Notes under the pieces: model-generated
The model's database searches: none
Told to the model about the DNA's origin: nothing
What the model saw: the letters and a program-made list of their open reading frames with translations, nothing else
Program-made: the position numbers and the translations under genes
Shown: positions 18,201 through 28,210 of the stretch, one piece after another
Position numbering within the stretch: position 1 is the first letter of the stretch
How the letters are laid out: each line of letters opens with the position of its first letter
Assembly: GCA_963833575.1 (NCBI GenBank)
Contig: CAWHXY010000004.1
Coordinates: 1,056,001 to 1,120,000 of the forward strand
Length of the DNA: 64,000 nucleotides
From: Candidatus Bathyarchaeota archaeon
Lineage (GTDB): Archaea; Thermoproteota; Bathyarchaeia; Bathyarchaeales; Bathycorpusculaceae
Direction of reading: 5' to 3'

Positions 18201-19205
18201 GTGGCTGACAGTGCATACCCCAAAGTTTCAATCATTGTTGCATCTTACAATAGCCAGCAAACAATAGAGGAATGCCTCAAGTCACTTCTAGCACTGGATT
18301 ATACTAAGGGCTCAATCGAGGTCATTGTGATGGATGGAGGCTCAAAAGACGCGACAGTTAAGATAGCAGAAAAATTCCCAATCGAAGTCGTCTCAATTCG
18401 TCTAAACGCACCCGCCGCCTACAATTACGCCATGAAAATAGTGCAACATCCCATTCTTGGCTTCGTAGATGCAGACGCAAAAGTTGAAGCAGGATGGCTA
18501 AAGCATCTGGTTCCTCACTTGGAAGAGCCTAAAGTAGCAGGGGTTAGCGGTGGCATCGAAACCTGGAACACCGATAATAAGTGGGCAAGAAGCATCGGTT
18601 ACGAACTTAAAAACCGTTACAGACGAATAGGAAAATATGCCGGACGAATAGCCACTATGAACCTGCTGCTAAAAAAAGAGGTTATCGAAGAGGCAGGCGG
18701 ATGGGATGAAAACTTGCCAAGCCAATATGACACCGACTTGGGTTATCGATTAAGCGCCAAAGGCTACAAGATAGCCTACGAACCAAACGCTGTCTGCTAC
18801 CACTACAACAGACCAACTCTCCACGCTTATTATAAGCAGCAGTTGCAATATGGGAAAAACACGCTCAAGCTCTACTTCAAACATGGTGGTTTGGCGAAGG
18901 GCGATGAAATCACTGATTTTGGCATGAACATCCAGCCCGTTCTTCTCTTGGCAGTTATTGTCTTTTCCCTTGTAGGAATTATACCATTGCTCAGACCTTT
19001 ATGGTATGTTTCAGGTTTAATTTTGCTGGCTATGCTCGCTTACTTCATTTACTCAGCCGCCAAACTTGTAATTAAGTTTCATGATAGGGTTGCTTTGCGG
19101 TTTGTGGTGCTTTATTTTGTGAGGGCGTTCGCATGGTTTGTCGGCGCAGTAATAACGGCAGTTCAGTTCTTAAGAGCCAAAGGGAGGAAAAGACCCCATA
19201 AGTAA
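18201..19205 (+). CDS. GT2 glycosyltransferase with C-terminal TM helices
   Basis: VSIIVASYN, MDGGSKD, VDAD, DTDLGYR, hydrophobic C-terminus. Confidence 0.85.
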   Translation: MADSAYPKVSIIVASYNSQQTIEECLKSLLALDYTKGSIEVIVMDGGSKDATVKIAEKFPIEVVSIRLNAPAAYNYAMKIVQHPILGFVDADAKVEAGWLKHLVPHLEEPKVAGVSGGIETWNTDNKWARSIGYELKNRYRRIGKYAGRIATMNLLLKKEVIEEAGGWDENLPSQYDTDLGYRLSAKGYKIAYEPNAVCYHYNRPTLHAYYKQQLQYGKNTLKLYFKHGGLAKGDEITDFGMNIQPVLLLAVIVFSLVGIIPLLRPLWYVSGLILLAMLAYFIYSAAKLVIKFHDRVALRFVVLYFVRAFAWFVGAVITAVQFLRAKGRKRPHK

Positions 19206-20391
19206 AGTATGCTTCATCTCGCCTGAATATTGGCCATTGTCTGGTGGAACAGGCGCCTACGTTTACTACCTATCCAACCAACTTCTAAAAAATGGCTACA
19301 AAGTTTATGTCGTCACGGGCTCAAACCAAGCCCAAGACATCCAAGTCAACCCTAACCTTGGCGTTTCTTTCCTGAAAACCCCCCGAATGCCAATAATCAA
19401 ATCCTTCATGCTTGCAGCCGCCAGCAACCGCAAACTCCAAAGCGTCCTCAACACGGCAAATGTGGATATTACCCATCCCCAACTGCCCCTCACACCCAAC
19501 TTTGCGGTGCCACCCAGCTTTGGAAAAGCCCTCGTATGCACAGTCCACTCTACATGGAAAGGCGAGGCTGAAGCTATTCGCGGTGAACCCTATTTCCGTC
19601 TAAACGCAAACGAAAAGTTTTTGGTAAGTTTTAACCGGTTTTTGCGTTTCTTTGAAGAAGGCATGCTTAGGCGAGCACGGAAAATCATTGCCGTCAGCCA
19701 CTTCACCAAGTGGGAGTTGACCAATTACTACAAGATTCCAGCAAGCAAGATACAAGTCATCCACAACGGCGTTGACATTAACAAGTTTAAGCCAGCCACC
19801 GACAAACGCAAGGCTAAGACGGAATTAGGCTTTAACCCTGACGACATAGCCATCGTCTCGGTAGGACGGCTTTATGCCCGAAAAGGATTGTTTACCTTAA
19901 TCGAAAGCATTCCAGCCGTTACAAAACGTTTTCCTAACGCTAAATTCATCATTTCAGGAAAAGGACAAAGCGACGAGATGAACAAATTAATCGCTTACGC
20001 AAAGAAACTCGAGGTCAAAGACAACATCGTCTTCACAGGGTACTACCCGGACAAGAAACTGCCAAAACTCTACCAAGCCGCAGACGTTTTTGCGTTCTCC
20101 ACCTTCTATGAACATCATCCCTTCGCCGTTCTAGAAGCACTTGCAACAGGCTTACCTGTAGTGACAACTAAAGTAGGAGGTATCCCTGAAACTATTGACA
20201 ACGGCAAAAACGGCTTTCTTGTGGACACCTTCAATCCAAACCAATTCTCTGATAGAATCTTGTATTTGCTTGAACATCCAGTTGCGGCTGAGGAAATGGG
20301 CACAAAAGCACGCAAAACAGTTGAGCAGCAACTTGACTGGCGCATTGTAGTCAAAGATGCTATGAAAGTCTACGATGAAGTCCTAAGTTAG
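19198..20391 (+). CDS. GT4 glycosyltransferase, probable ATA start
   Basis: In-frame ATA at 19198 after gggagg restores the N-terminal strand SKVCFISPEYWPLSGG; HNGVD, VGRL, EALATGLPVV. Confidence 0.85.
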   Translation: MSKVCFISPEYWPLSGGTGAYVYYLSNQLLKNGYKVYVVTGSNQAQDIQVNPNLGVSFLKTPRMPIIKSFMLAAASNRKLQSVLNTANVDITHPQLPLTPNFAVPPSFGKALVCTVHSTWKGEAEAIRGEPYFRLNANEKFLVSFNRFLRFFEEGMLRRARKIIAVSHFTKWELTNYYKIPASKIQVIHNGVDINKFKPATDKRKAKTELGFNPDDIAIVSVGRLYARKGLFTLIESIPAVTKRFPNAKFIISGKGQSDEMNKLIAYAKKLEVKDNIVFTGYYPDKKLPKLYQAADVFAFSTFYEHHPFAVLEALATGLPVVTTKVGGIPETIDNGKNGFLVDTFNPNQFSDRILYLLEHPVAAEEMGTKARKTVEQQLDWRIVVKDAMKVYDEVLS

Positions 20392-21356
20392 CCGATTTCT
20401 ACAGGTTTGCCTCGATAAGCTACCGTTACTTTCTGAAACAGTTTAACTATGTCCAGAGAGCAAAAGAAAAATTTTGTTAAGTACTCATGTTGGTAAATCA
20501 TCATTTGCGCTTTTACAGGTAAATCAATCCGCGGTGGCTCAAACCTATGTTCAACCTTGGCAATTGGTAAGCCTTCAACATTGATGTCGTCTTCGCGCAT
20601 GCCTGTTTTGTTTGCAATGTAGCTCAGATAGGTTTCTTTCCAATTCAGTTTCATAACTTTGGCAGCGATTATGTCTACGGCTAATGCGTCGATGCCCGTC
20701 AACATCAGACCCATTTTGACCGGTTTGCCCTTAGTTGGGCCGTTGCCTTCGATGCCTATTCTTGCATCCATAATCGTTAACTTCGGCTTAAACAGAGTGT
20801 AGAGGCGATAAAACACTTCAGGCAAATAGGGATGTAAATAGATGCGTTTGTTGCTGGGCACGCAGCCAAAAAGGTTCTTGATGGCTCCACTGTAAGCCAT
20901 AAACTCATGCGTCTTCATCAAGGGCAAATCTACCACAGCATCGGCGTCCAAGATGGTTTTGGGCAGAAACAAACGCTTCACTGGAGTATTGCCTTGAAAT
21001 TTTACTTCAACAACTTTATCTTCTGATAGATTGATTACGGTTCCGCCTGCTTTTTTGACTGCCGCTTCGGCGCCTGTTTTATCAAACGCTGTCCAGCAGG
21101 GATAATTGAAGCCATTTGATTCGCCCACAATAACCTCGCTGTTTCCATCGCGTAACAAGCCTACGAGTTGCTGCATCAATTCAGGACTTGTAACAACTCC
21201 CGGCAAATATTCTGGGTGACTTAAGTTTGGCTTAATGAAAATCTTGTGTTTTCCGTGTAACCCTGAATTAGCTACAGCTTCCTTTACAATATCGCTTATG
21301 TCTTCTTTTGCTCGGAAAATCTTGACGGTTTTTTGTGGATTAGGCACTTTAGGCAC
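20388..21356 (-). CDS. DUF362 family protein
   Basis: IFIKPNL, VGES, MKTH, GAIKNLFG, EGNGP. Confidence 0.85.
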   Translation of the reverse strand: MPKVPNPQKTVKIFRAKEDISDIVKEAVANSGLHGKHKIFIKPNLSHPEYLPGVVTSPELMQQLVGLLRDGNSEVIVGESNGFNYPCWTAFDKTGAEAAVKKAGGTVINLSEDKVVEVKFQGNTPVKRLFLPKTILDADAVVDLPLMKTHEFMAYSGAIKNLFGCVPSNKRIYLHPYLPEVFYRLYTLFKPKLTIMDARIGIEGNGPTKGKPVKMGLMLTGIDALAVDIIAAKVMKLNWKETYLSYIANKTGMREDDINVEGLPIAKVEHRFEPPRIDLPVKAQMMIYQHEYLTKFFFCSLDIVKLFQKVTVAYRGKPVEIG

Positions 21357-22767
21357 CTTTCACTCCCATAATGCAGCCAGGATCACTATTCAACATATCA
21401 CCATTATGGTATGCTGATGACCGTGCTCTGCAGCCGCCGCAAATAAACTTGTAATCGCATTTTCCGCAGGCCCCCTTGAGGTTCGCCCTGTTTCTGAATG
21501 CATTAAAAAGTGGCGCGTTTAACCATAAATCTTGGAACTTTTCGGTTTTGAGGTTACCGACGTTAACAGGCAAGAAAACACACGGATGAAGGTCCCCCTG
21601 CGGCGACAACGAACAGTATAGCCTTCCTGCTCCGCAACCTCCGATAAAATCAGCAAGCGGAACTGCTTTCTTGGTAACTTTGACTGTTTGCATATGCGCC
21701 ATTGACATAGTTACATCGCCAGTTCCCTGGACTCCCTGGCATTGTATACCTACTCGAGCCAGTTGGGGTGCAGTGGTTAGAATTGTCGTTTTGCAGCCCT
21801 TTGACATTCTTGCAAGCAAATAATGCATCAATTTTTCCCGTTCTTCAGGCGATAGATCTTGTTCATAATGTGTTTTGCCTCTACCGGCTGGAACAAAATT
21901 AAAGTTAGTAAATCTCTCTGCTCCCAATTCTTCCGCTAAGTCAATAATCGCAGGCATTTCCTCAAGATTATTTTTAGTTGCAGTTGTAGCAATGCACACA
22001 CATAAATCCGCTTCAATACAATTCTTCAAACCCGTAACTGCCTGATTAAATGCTCCTGGGACGCCTCGGAATTCATCGTGCGTTTTAGCGCATGCACCGT
22101 CAATACTTATGTCCAAATAATTTACTTTGGCAGCTTTGAGCTTCTGAACCGTTTCTTTGGTTAATAGGGTACCATTTGTGGCAACAGAGATGTAGAGTCC
22201 GCGGTCGGCAGCATATCGTGCGACCTCAAAAAAGTCACTGCGGGTTAAGGGTTCACCGCCTGAAAAAGCAAGAGCTGTGACTCCAGCATCTGCAATCTGG
22301 TCGACAACGTCTTTAGCCTGTTGAGTGGTTAATTCTTCTTCTCTGATTGCGCCACTGTTTGAGTAGCAGTGTTTGCACTTCAAATTACACTTATGAGTAA
22401 AATCCCAAACGATAAGGAAGGGCGCGTACAGCGAGATCGGTTTTTTGATTCCGATATAAGCGAAGCTCTTGGTTAAGTTCATGACTGCTCGTCTTGCATA
22501 TGGGTCTGCCAAGAGCTTCTCAACTTTTTCCCGCTTAAAATTTAAACTTCTCCTCAGAAATTCAACCCAGAAACCAATAATCTGCGAGTAAAGCCCACTG
22601 CACTTTTCGCATTTCTCTTGAGTTTTGCCTGCGTAGTCGTCAAGTGCTGCTTCAAGCACTGTTCTGCCGCATGCAGGGCACTTTTTCAAAGACATTCTCA
22701 GCATTTTTTTTGTCATTGGCAGAGTAATCACTGCATTCCAGAAGCTATCATGACTTAGTAGGCTCAT
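21349..22767 (-). CDS. Radical SAM/SPASM protein (NirJ/AhbD-like) with N-terminal CxxC...CxxC extension
   Basis: WDFTHKCNLKCKHC, FSGGEP, SPASM GCGAGR...PC...CGKC...CGGCRAR...DPGC. Confidence 0.85.
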   Translation of the reverse strand: MSLLSHDSFWNAVITLPMTKKMLRMSLKKCPACGRTVLEAALDDYAGKTQEKCEKCSGLYSQIIGFWVEFLRRSLNFKREKVEKLLADPYARRAVMNLTKSFAYIGIKKPISLYAPFLIVWDFTHKCNLKCKHCYSNSGAIREEELTTQQAKDVVDQIADAGVTALAFSGGEPLTRSDFFEVARYAADRGLYISVATNGTLLTKETVQKLKAAKVNYLDISIDGACAKTHDEFRGVPGAFNQAVTGLKNCIEADLCVCIATTATKNNLEEMPAIIDLAEELGAERFTNFNFVPAGRGKTHYEQDLSPEEREKLMHYLLARMSKGCKTTILTTAPQLARVGIQCQGVQGTGDVTMSMAHMQTVKVTKKAVPLADFIGGCGAGRLYCSLSPQGDLHPCVFLPVNVGNLKTEKFQDLWLNAPLFNAFRNRANLKGACGKCDYKFICGGCRARSSAYHNGDMLNSDPGCIMGVKGA

Positions 22768-22859
22768 CCAAGATTGTCTCCTGAGGCGGCAACTGGTTTA
22801 CAGTAGGGTGCGAGCGGATGTTAAATATTTCTCTAAAATCCCGTTGTTTGACACTTAGC

Positions 22860-23480
22860 TTAATGCATTCTATTTTGCATTATTTTTTCTGCTATTTCTA
22901 AATCCTTAAGCGTGTTAATGTTTAAGAGCACTTCAACTTCTTCTGTGATTAGGGCGCTTGTTTCGATTTTTCCTTCGCCTTGAATTTTGGCGCCGTTTAC
23001 TATGTTGACTCCTGAAACCGCATACCACTCGCCCATGAATTCGTCGGTGGAGTCTACGGAAAGTCCCAAGGTTTCGCGAGCTTGAATAGGAACGAAAATT
23101 GCGTAGAAATCTTTGCCACAGATTTCAAACTGACTGACGATTTTGTCAAGGAATTTGCCTGTGACGGCTGGAGAATCAGCTGGAACAGTCAATACAGGAC
23201 CCATTAACTCTTCCATTAGTGTTGCCTGCTTGAGGTCGTTGTGGTAGCCTTTGGCGTCAGCGCGTAAAATCTTCCATCCCTTGCTTTGGCAGTGCTTTTC
23301 TGTTTGAGGAGTGTTTGGGCTGGTCACTACATAAAATTCGGAAACGTTTTTAGCGCTGATAACTGCCTCAGCTACCCAATCAATGAGGGGCTTACCGACA
23401 AAGGGCAGAAGCGGCTTCTCTACAGGTGAACTTATCCGTTTGCCCTTTCCGCCAGCCATGATCAATGCAGGCACTTTCAT
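22860..23480 (-). CDS. cobY: CobY-like nucleotidyltransferase (second copy)
   Basis: LIMAGGKGKR, EKPL, NINTLKDL; operonic with a cobS-like gene. Confidence 0.75.
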   Translation of the reverse strand: MKVPALIMAGGKGKRISSPVEKPLLPFVGKPLIDWVAEAVISAKNVSEFYVVTSPNTPQTEKHCQSKGWKILRADAKGYHNDLKQATLMEELMGPVLTVPADSPAVTGKFLDKIVSQFEICGKDFYAIFVPIQARETLGLSVDSTDEFMGEWYAVSGVNIVNGAKIQGEGKIETSALITEEVEVLLNINTLKDLEIAEKIMQNRMH

Positions 23481-24316
23481 TTCAGTATCGCCAGCACCGT
23501 CAACACTCCTAGTAAAATAAGCGTAACCGCCCTCGCAACCTCGTTTGTTGCCCCAATAGTGTCGCCTGAAACTCCCCCAAAAACATTTTCCGAAACCTTT
23601 TCCATTACCAAAGCAACTGGAATGCTTACCAGAACAATCGCGATTCCGATTAAACCAAGAATGGGGTTAAGTGAAAAAGCAAAAAAGGGGTAAACAATCA
23701 GAACCGAAAGAGCGTAAGCGATAAGGTTGATTTTCTTTTTGGCTTTTGCCAGAAAAATCGAGCCTAATCCTTTATGGGTGGGTTTTCCTACCCAAACAAT
23801 TGTCACCATTGCTAATTTTGCTGAGACTTCAGCAGCAATTATTGCGCCAAAAGCAAACAGGGGACTTATGAAGAATAAGCCGACAAATGCGGCAAACTCT
23901 ACAGCTATCGCAAGTACGGCGCCTGCATATGTTACTGTCCACGCATGAGCAACCATTTTGCGGTCATGCAGGTTTCCTAAGCCAACTGCGTTGCCTAAAT
24001 CGATTAAACCATCGAAGTGTTGAAGCCCAGTTATTACCAGCAGGAAAGCCACAGTCATGGCAGCAACGGCGAGCTTAGATAAGAAATCCGTCGGTAATGC
24101 AATGACCGAACTTACTAATCCAAGCAAGAACCGGATGACATAGCCTGAACCGACAAAATATGCGGCTGCTAGTACGCCTATTAAGCCACCGATGATAGGG
24201 AAAAGGTAAACGTGCTCAGCTGTGGTGAAGATGAAATCTTCTTTTCCGCCCACAGGAATTATTGTTAGGAAAGATAGCAAATCCCTAAAAGTTTTTATAG
24301 GTTTCACTGGCGACAT
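23477..24316 (-). CDS. cobS: Divergent cobalamin-5'-phosphate synthase CobS-like membrane protein
   Basis: SFLTIIP, FPIIG, TGLQHFDGLID, FGGVSGDTIGA. Confidence 0.75.
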   Translation of the reverse strand: MSPVKPIKTFRDLLSFLTIIPVGGKEDFIFTTAEHVYLFPIIGGLIGVLAAAYFVGSGYVIRFLLGLVSSVIALPTDFLSKLAVAAMTVAFLLVITGLQHFDGLIDLGNAVGLGNLHDRKMVAHAWTVTYAGAVLAIAVEFAAFVGLFFISPLFAFGAIIAAEVSAKLAMVTIVWVGKPTHKGLGSIFLAKAKKKINLIAYALSVLIVYPFFAFSLNPILGLIGIAIVLVSIPVALVMEKVSENVFGGVSGDTIGATNEVARAVTLILLGVLTVLAILK

Positions 24317-24355
24317 ATACCCTACAACTAATCTAAAGAGAATATAGACTTTATC

Positions 24356-25300
24356 GTGATTTACATGGGAGAACTTGAGGGGAAAAAAATACTAGTTACT
24401 GGCGGCGCAGGGTTTATCGGTTTTCACCTCTGCAGTAGACTGTCAAAACTTACTTCCAACTTGACGATTTACGATAATTTGTCAAGCGGCAAAATGGAAA
24501 ACGCAAAGGACGTGCCTAAAGCCAAGCTTGTTAAAGGGGATATATTAGACCTAAAAAAACTGTTATCTTTAGAAAAGGCTGATTTGATTTATCATTTAGC
24601 CGCCCAAGTTGTTGTTCCTTACTCTATGGAGAATCCACTTATCGATTTTGAAACAAACGCGAAAGGCACCGTTCAGGTTCTTGAAAAAGCCCGTAAAGAC
24701 GACGCAAAAGTGGTTTTCGCATCAAGCGCAGCAGTTTACGGCAACCCAACCGTCTTTCCAACTCCTGAAGACTACGGATTTCACCCCTTCTCCTGCTACG
24801 GTTTATCCAAAGTCGTCGGCGAAGAATACTGCAACATGTACCAAAGCCAATACGGCTTAGATATTGCAATAACAAGGTTCGCAAACGTTTATGGGTCAAG
24901 ATGCCACGGCGTCATTCATGACTTCCTAGATAAACTTGCAGCAAACCCTGGCAAACTGGAAATCATCGGCACTGGATTGCAGTCGCGCGATTTTGTTCAT
25001 GTTTCAGACGTCGTAGATGCTTTGGTGACTGTGGGCTCCGAGGATTCTGCTAACGGCAAAGTTTACAACTTAGGTTACGGAACAACCATTACTATAATTG
25101 ATCTTGCCAAAATGATGCTTAAAATCCTAAACTTGGAAAAGAAAACGTTTGTTTCGACTACTGGTGTTTCTTGGCAGGGCGATGTTACGAAAATCTGGTT
25201 TGACAATTCTAGGGCTCGGAAAGAGTTAAACTGGAACCCTAAGGTAAGCCTTGAGGACGCTATAAAAGAAGTTATTGCTGAGAGGAAACTCTCGAAATGA
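24356..25300 (+). CDS. NAD-dependent epimerase/dehydratase (UDP-glucose 4-epimerase-like)
   Basis: VTGGAGFIG, SSAAVYG, YGLSK, RDFVHVSD. Confidence 0.9.
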   Translation: MIYMGELEGKKILVTGGAGFIGFHLCSRLSKLTSNLTIYDNLSSGKMENAKDVPKAKLVKGDILDLKKLLSLEKADLIYHLAAQVVVPYSMENPLIDFETNAKGTVQVLEKARKDDAKVVFASSAAVYGNPTVFPTPEDYGFHPFSCYGLSKVVGEEYCNMYQSQYGLDIAITRFANVYGSRCHGVIHDFLDKLAANPGKLEIIGTGLQSRDFVHVSDVVDALVTVGSEDSANGKVYNLGYGTTITIIDLAKMMLKILNLEKKTFVSTTGVSWQGDVTKIWFDNSRARKELNWNPKVSLEDAIKEVIAERKLSK

Positions 25301-26181
25301 CCATGTCGGTGCCAGCTAAGGGATTAATCGCTCTATTGCGACTTCCCTACTGGCTCATGACAGGTGGTTTATCAGTCTTAACAGCGTTTGCCATTAAGAA
25401 AAGCATGATTGCGCCCGAAACGATCGTGCTGATATTTTTTTCAATGGCCTTCATAACTTCTGCAGGTTTCGCGATCAATGACTATTTCGATCGGGAAAGC
25501 GATGCAGTAATCAAGCCGAAACGTCCCATCCCCTCAGGCGCCCTATCACTTAAACAAGTTGTAGTCATTTCAGGCTTGCTCTTTGTTGTGGGTTTGATTA
25601 TGGCTGCGTACATTAATTGGCTAAGCTTCGCAATCATAGCTGTTGACTCAATTCTGCTTTTAATTTACTCAACCCTTGTTAAACGCAAATCAGGCTTCAT
25701 CGCCAACATCTTGATTGGAGTTTTGACTGGTACAGCTTTCATGTACGGACAAGTTACAATTTCCTTCCCTGCAACTGTCGGCTTGATTTCACTTAGTCTT
25801 TATCCAATCGCTTTCGGCACTATCGGCGGCAATGTCCTTCGTGACATCCTCAGCTCGGAAGGGGATTCGAAGGTTGGGTACCCAACGCTTCCTCAAAAAA
25901 TCGGTACAGCTAAGTCAACGAAGCTGGCTGCACTGTTTTTTATCCTGACTGCTGTGTTGGCTCCTCTTCCATCTCTTCCTTTCTTTGCAGGTCACTTCAC
26001 CCTTTATTATTTACCGCTTATTCTGCTGTGGAGTGCACTTCTGATTTACGCTTCTGCACGCCTTATCACTTTAGCTTCAACAGTTTCTAATGTAAGGAAA
26101 TATGAGCGTATAATTACTATGTCGATGATTCTTCTTCCGTTAGCATTAATAATCGAGGCGACACTTGGAGGGTTAATATGA
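25297..26181 (+). CDS. UbiA-family prenyltransferase, DGGGP synthase-like
   Basis: NDYFDRESD...KPKRPIPSG, RDILSSEGD...YPTLP, multiple TM helices. Confidence 0.8.
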   Translation: MTMSVPAKGLIALLRLPYWLMTGGLSVLTAFAIKKSMIAPETIVLIFFSMAFITSAGFAINDYFDRESDAVIKPKRPIPSGALSLKQVVVISGLLFVVGLIMAAYINWLSFAIIAVDSILLLIYSTLVKRKSGFIANILIGVLTGTAFMYGQVTISFPATVGLISLSLYPIAFGTIGGNVLRDILSSEGDSKVGYPTLPQKIGTAKSTKLAALFFILTAVLAPLPSLPFFAGHFTLYYLPLILLWSALLIYASARLITLASTVSNVRKYERIITMSMILLPLALIIEATLGGLI

Positions 26182-27659
26182 CTAAAACAAAGAGCATCTG
26201 TCCCGAATGCCAGAAAAAAATTGATGCTCAACTAACCCAGGCTAACGAAAAAATCAAAATAACTAAAGTATGTCCTGAACATGGAAGCTTCGAAGCTACA
26301 CACTGGCAAAGCCCCCCAATCTTCAAGCATATGCAAACGTACGACCAATTTCAGTACCTCGGCGACTTGAACGCTCCAAAAGACCCGCAAGGTTGCCCTT
26401 ACGTCTGTGAAACCTGCACCAATCACGCTTCGGGTACGGTCATAGGAGTTATTGACGTAACAAAACGATGCAACCTTAAATGCGCCGTGTGCTTCTCAAC
26501 ATTTCCAGAGCAAGAAATTGATTACGAACCCACAAAAGAACACTTGATCAGAATGCTCGAGTTCGCAAGCCAAGCTAACCCCAAACCGCCAGCCATCCTT
26601 TTCTCAGGAGGAGAACCGACCGAACGAGAAGATATGCCTGAAATTATCGCTGTAGCGCATAAACTCAAATTCATGACTATTCTTGCAACAAATGGTGTAC
26701 GTTTAGCCGAAAACCCCCAGTTAGCGGAAAGACTAAAGAAAAGCGGGTTAAACATTGTTTATTTGCAGTTTGACAGTTTTCACGACGACTTCTACAAGAA
26801 GGTTCGTGGACAAGCACTTTTTGACTATAAGCTAAAAGCCCTAGATGTTTGCCGTAAATACGACATGGAAGTAATCCTTGTTAACACTCTTATGAAGAGT
26901 TTAAATGATGAAGAAGTCGGGGACATAATTAGGTTTGCAGCCAAAAACACCGACATCGTTAGAGGCTTGATTTTTCAACCTATTGCTTTTACTGGCAGAG
27001 CCACGGAGAACCGATTTAGAGAGAATTTCCGTGAATGGCATTTTGCTGAAGACGTAGAGAAGCAAACGCATGGCGAAATAAAAAGCACTGACTTGTATCC
27101 AATGTCAGTTATGACTTCGCCGATAAAGATAATGAGAAAGTTCATGCAAAAACCATGGCCACTATTTTCCTGCAGCCCTCAATGTGGCATAGTGAACTGG
27201 ATTTTTGTTTCAGAAGACGGCAAAATGTTCCCAATCAACCGCTTTGTCAATTTTGACAGATTTTTTAGACACATTCGCAAAACAGCTGAGACAGCAGAAT
27301 CCAAAGGCAAAATATCTCTGCTCTCATCGCTATTCATGGCATCAATGTTGTCGATGAACATGTTCTTAGTTACCAAAGAAGTCGGTATGCTAACTCTGCT
27401 GAACTCCATAATGAGAATGCACCTTTCGCCTTCTTACCAGTCACTTGGCAAAATACGTCGAAGAATCTTTTTGCTCGGATGCATGGCATTTATGGACTCT
27501 TACAACTTCGATGTAAACCGCGTAAGACGATGTGTAGTCCACTACATTACACCTGACCTCAAAATCATACCATTCTGCGCCTATAACAACATCCACAGAG
27601 TCGCCATCGAAAAAGAATTTGCGGAAAGACAAAAAAATTCAATCAACAAACTTAACTAA
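26178..27659 (+). CDS. tes: Tetraether lipid synthase (Tes/MJ0619 family) radical SAM homolog
   Basis: N-terminal CPEC...CPEHG, CPYVCETCTNH, CNLKCAVC, C-terminal FMDSYNFDVNRVRRCVVHY...PFCAYN; overlaps the DGGGP synthase stop. Confidence 0.75.
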   Translation: MTKTKSICPECQKKIDAQLTQANEKIKITKVCPEHGSFEATHWQSPPIFKHMQTYDQFQYLGDLNAPKDPQGCPYVCETCTNHASGTVIGVIDVTKRCNLKCAVCFSTFPEQEIDYEPTKEHLIRMLEFASQANPKPPAILFSGGEPTEREDMPEIIAVAHKLKFMTILATNGVRLAENPQLAERLKKSGLNIVYLQFDSFHDDFYKKVRGQALFDYKLKALDVCRKYDMEVILVNTLMKSLNDEEVGDIIRFAAKNTDIVRGLIFQPIAFTGRATENRFRENFREWHFAEDVEKQTHGEIKSTDLYPMSVMTSPIKIMRKFMQKPWPLFSCSPQCGIVNWIFVSEDGKMFPINRFVNFDRFFRHIRKTAETAESKGKISLLSSLFMASMLSMNMFLVTKEVGMLTLLNSIMRMHLSPSYQSLGKIRRRIFLLGCMAFMDSYNFDVNRVRRCVVHYITPDLKIIPFCAYNNIHRVAIEKEFAERQKNSINKLN

Positions 27660-27679
27660 CTTTGTCGAAAGAAGCACAC

Positions 27680-28210
27680 TTAACTTATTACTTGGATGTT
27701 TAGCACGCAGTAATCGTTTGTAAAGTCATATGTTCCTGTTGAATTCTGGTGCCAGAGCTCGAAAACCACAGAGAAGCTTCCAACTTCGTTTTGCGTAATT
27801 GATGATGAGGTTTGCCACATTGCTCCATTTGCTAAGCTCAAATCATATGTTTGAATTGGTTGAGCATCAACGGGAAAATTTAAGAGGTTTTGGGTAATTT
27901 TTTCGCGAACTTGGTAGGTTTGATTCCCGCTTCCTCCCATGTTGTTCACAACTCCTATCCAAATGTTAAAAGTGCTGTTCTGGTTAGCAACCAATGTTAT
28001 TGGGTAATCAACGGCCTTTTTTTGATTGTCCAGCAGGTAAACCGTATTGTATCCAGATCCAGATGATTGCGGCTTTAAAACCAAAAAATAACCCGCAACA
28101 ATTGCGACGACGATTATTAGAACGAGAAAAATGGCAATAACATAGCCTTTCTCATCGTTTAAACCGATTTTTCTGCCAATGCGCATAACATGTTCTGACA
28201 GTGTTGGCAT
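27680..28210 (-). CDS. DUF1616-like membrane-anchored protein
   Basis: Single TM, YLLD...DYP, GVVN, L.IQV C-terminus. Confidence 0.6.
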   Translation of the reverse strand: MPTLSEHVMRIGRKIGLNDEKGYVIAIFLVLIIVVAIVAGYFLVLKPQSSGSGYNTVYLLDNQKKAVDYPITLVANQNSTFNIWIGVVNNMGGSGNQTYQVREKITQNLLNFPVDAQPIQTYDLSLANGAMWQTSSSITQNEVGSFSVVFELWHQNSTGTYDFTNDYCVLNIQVIS

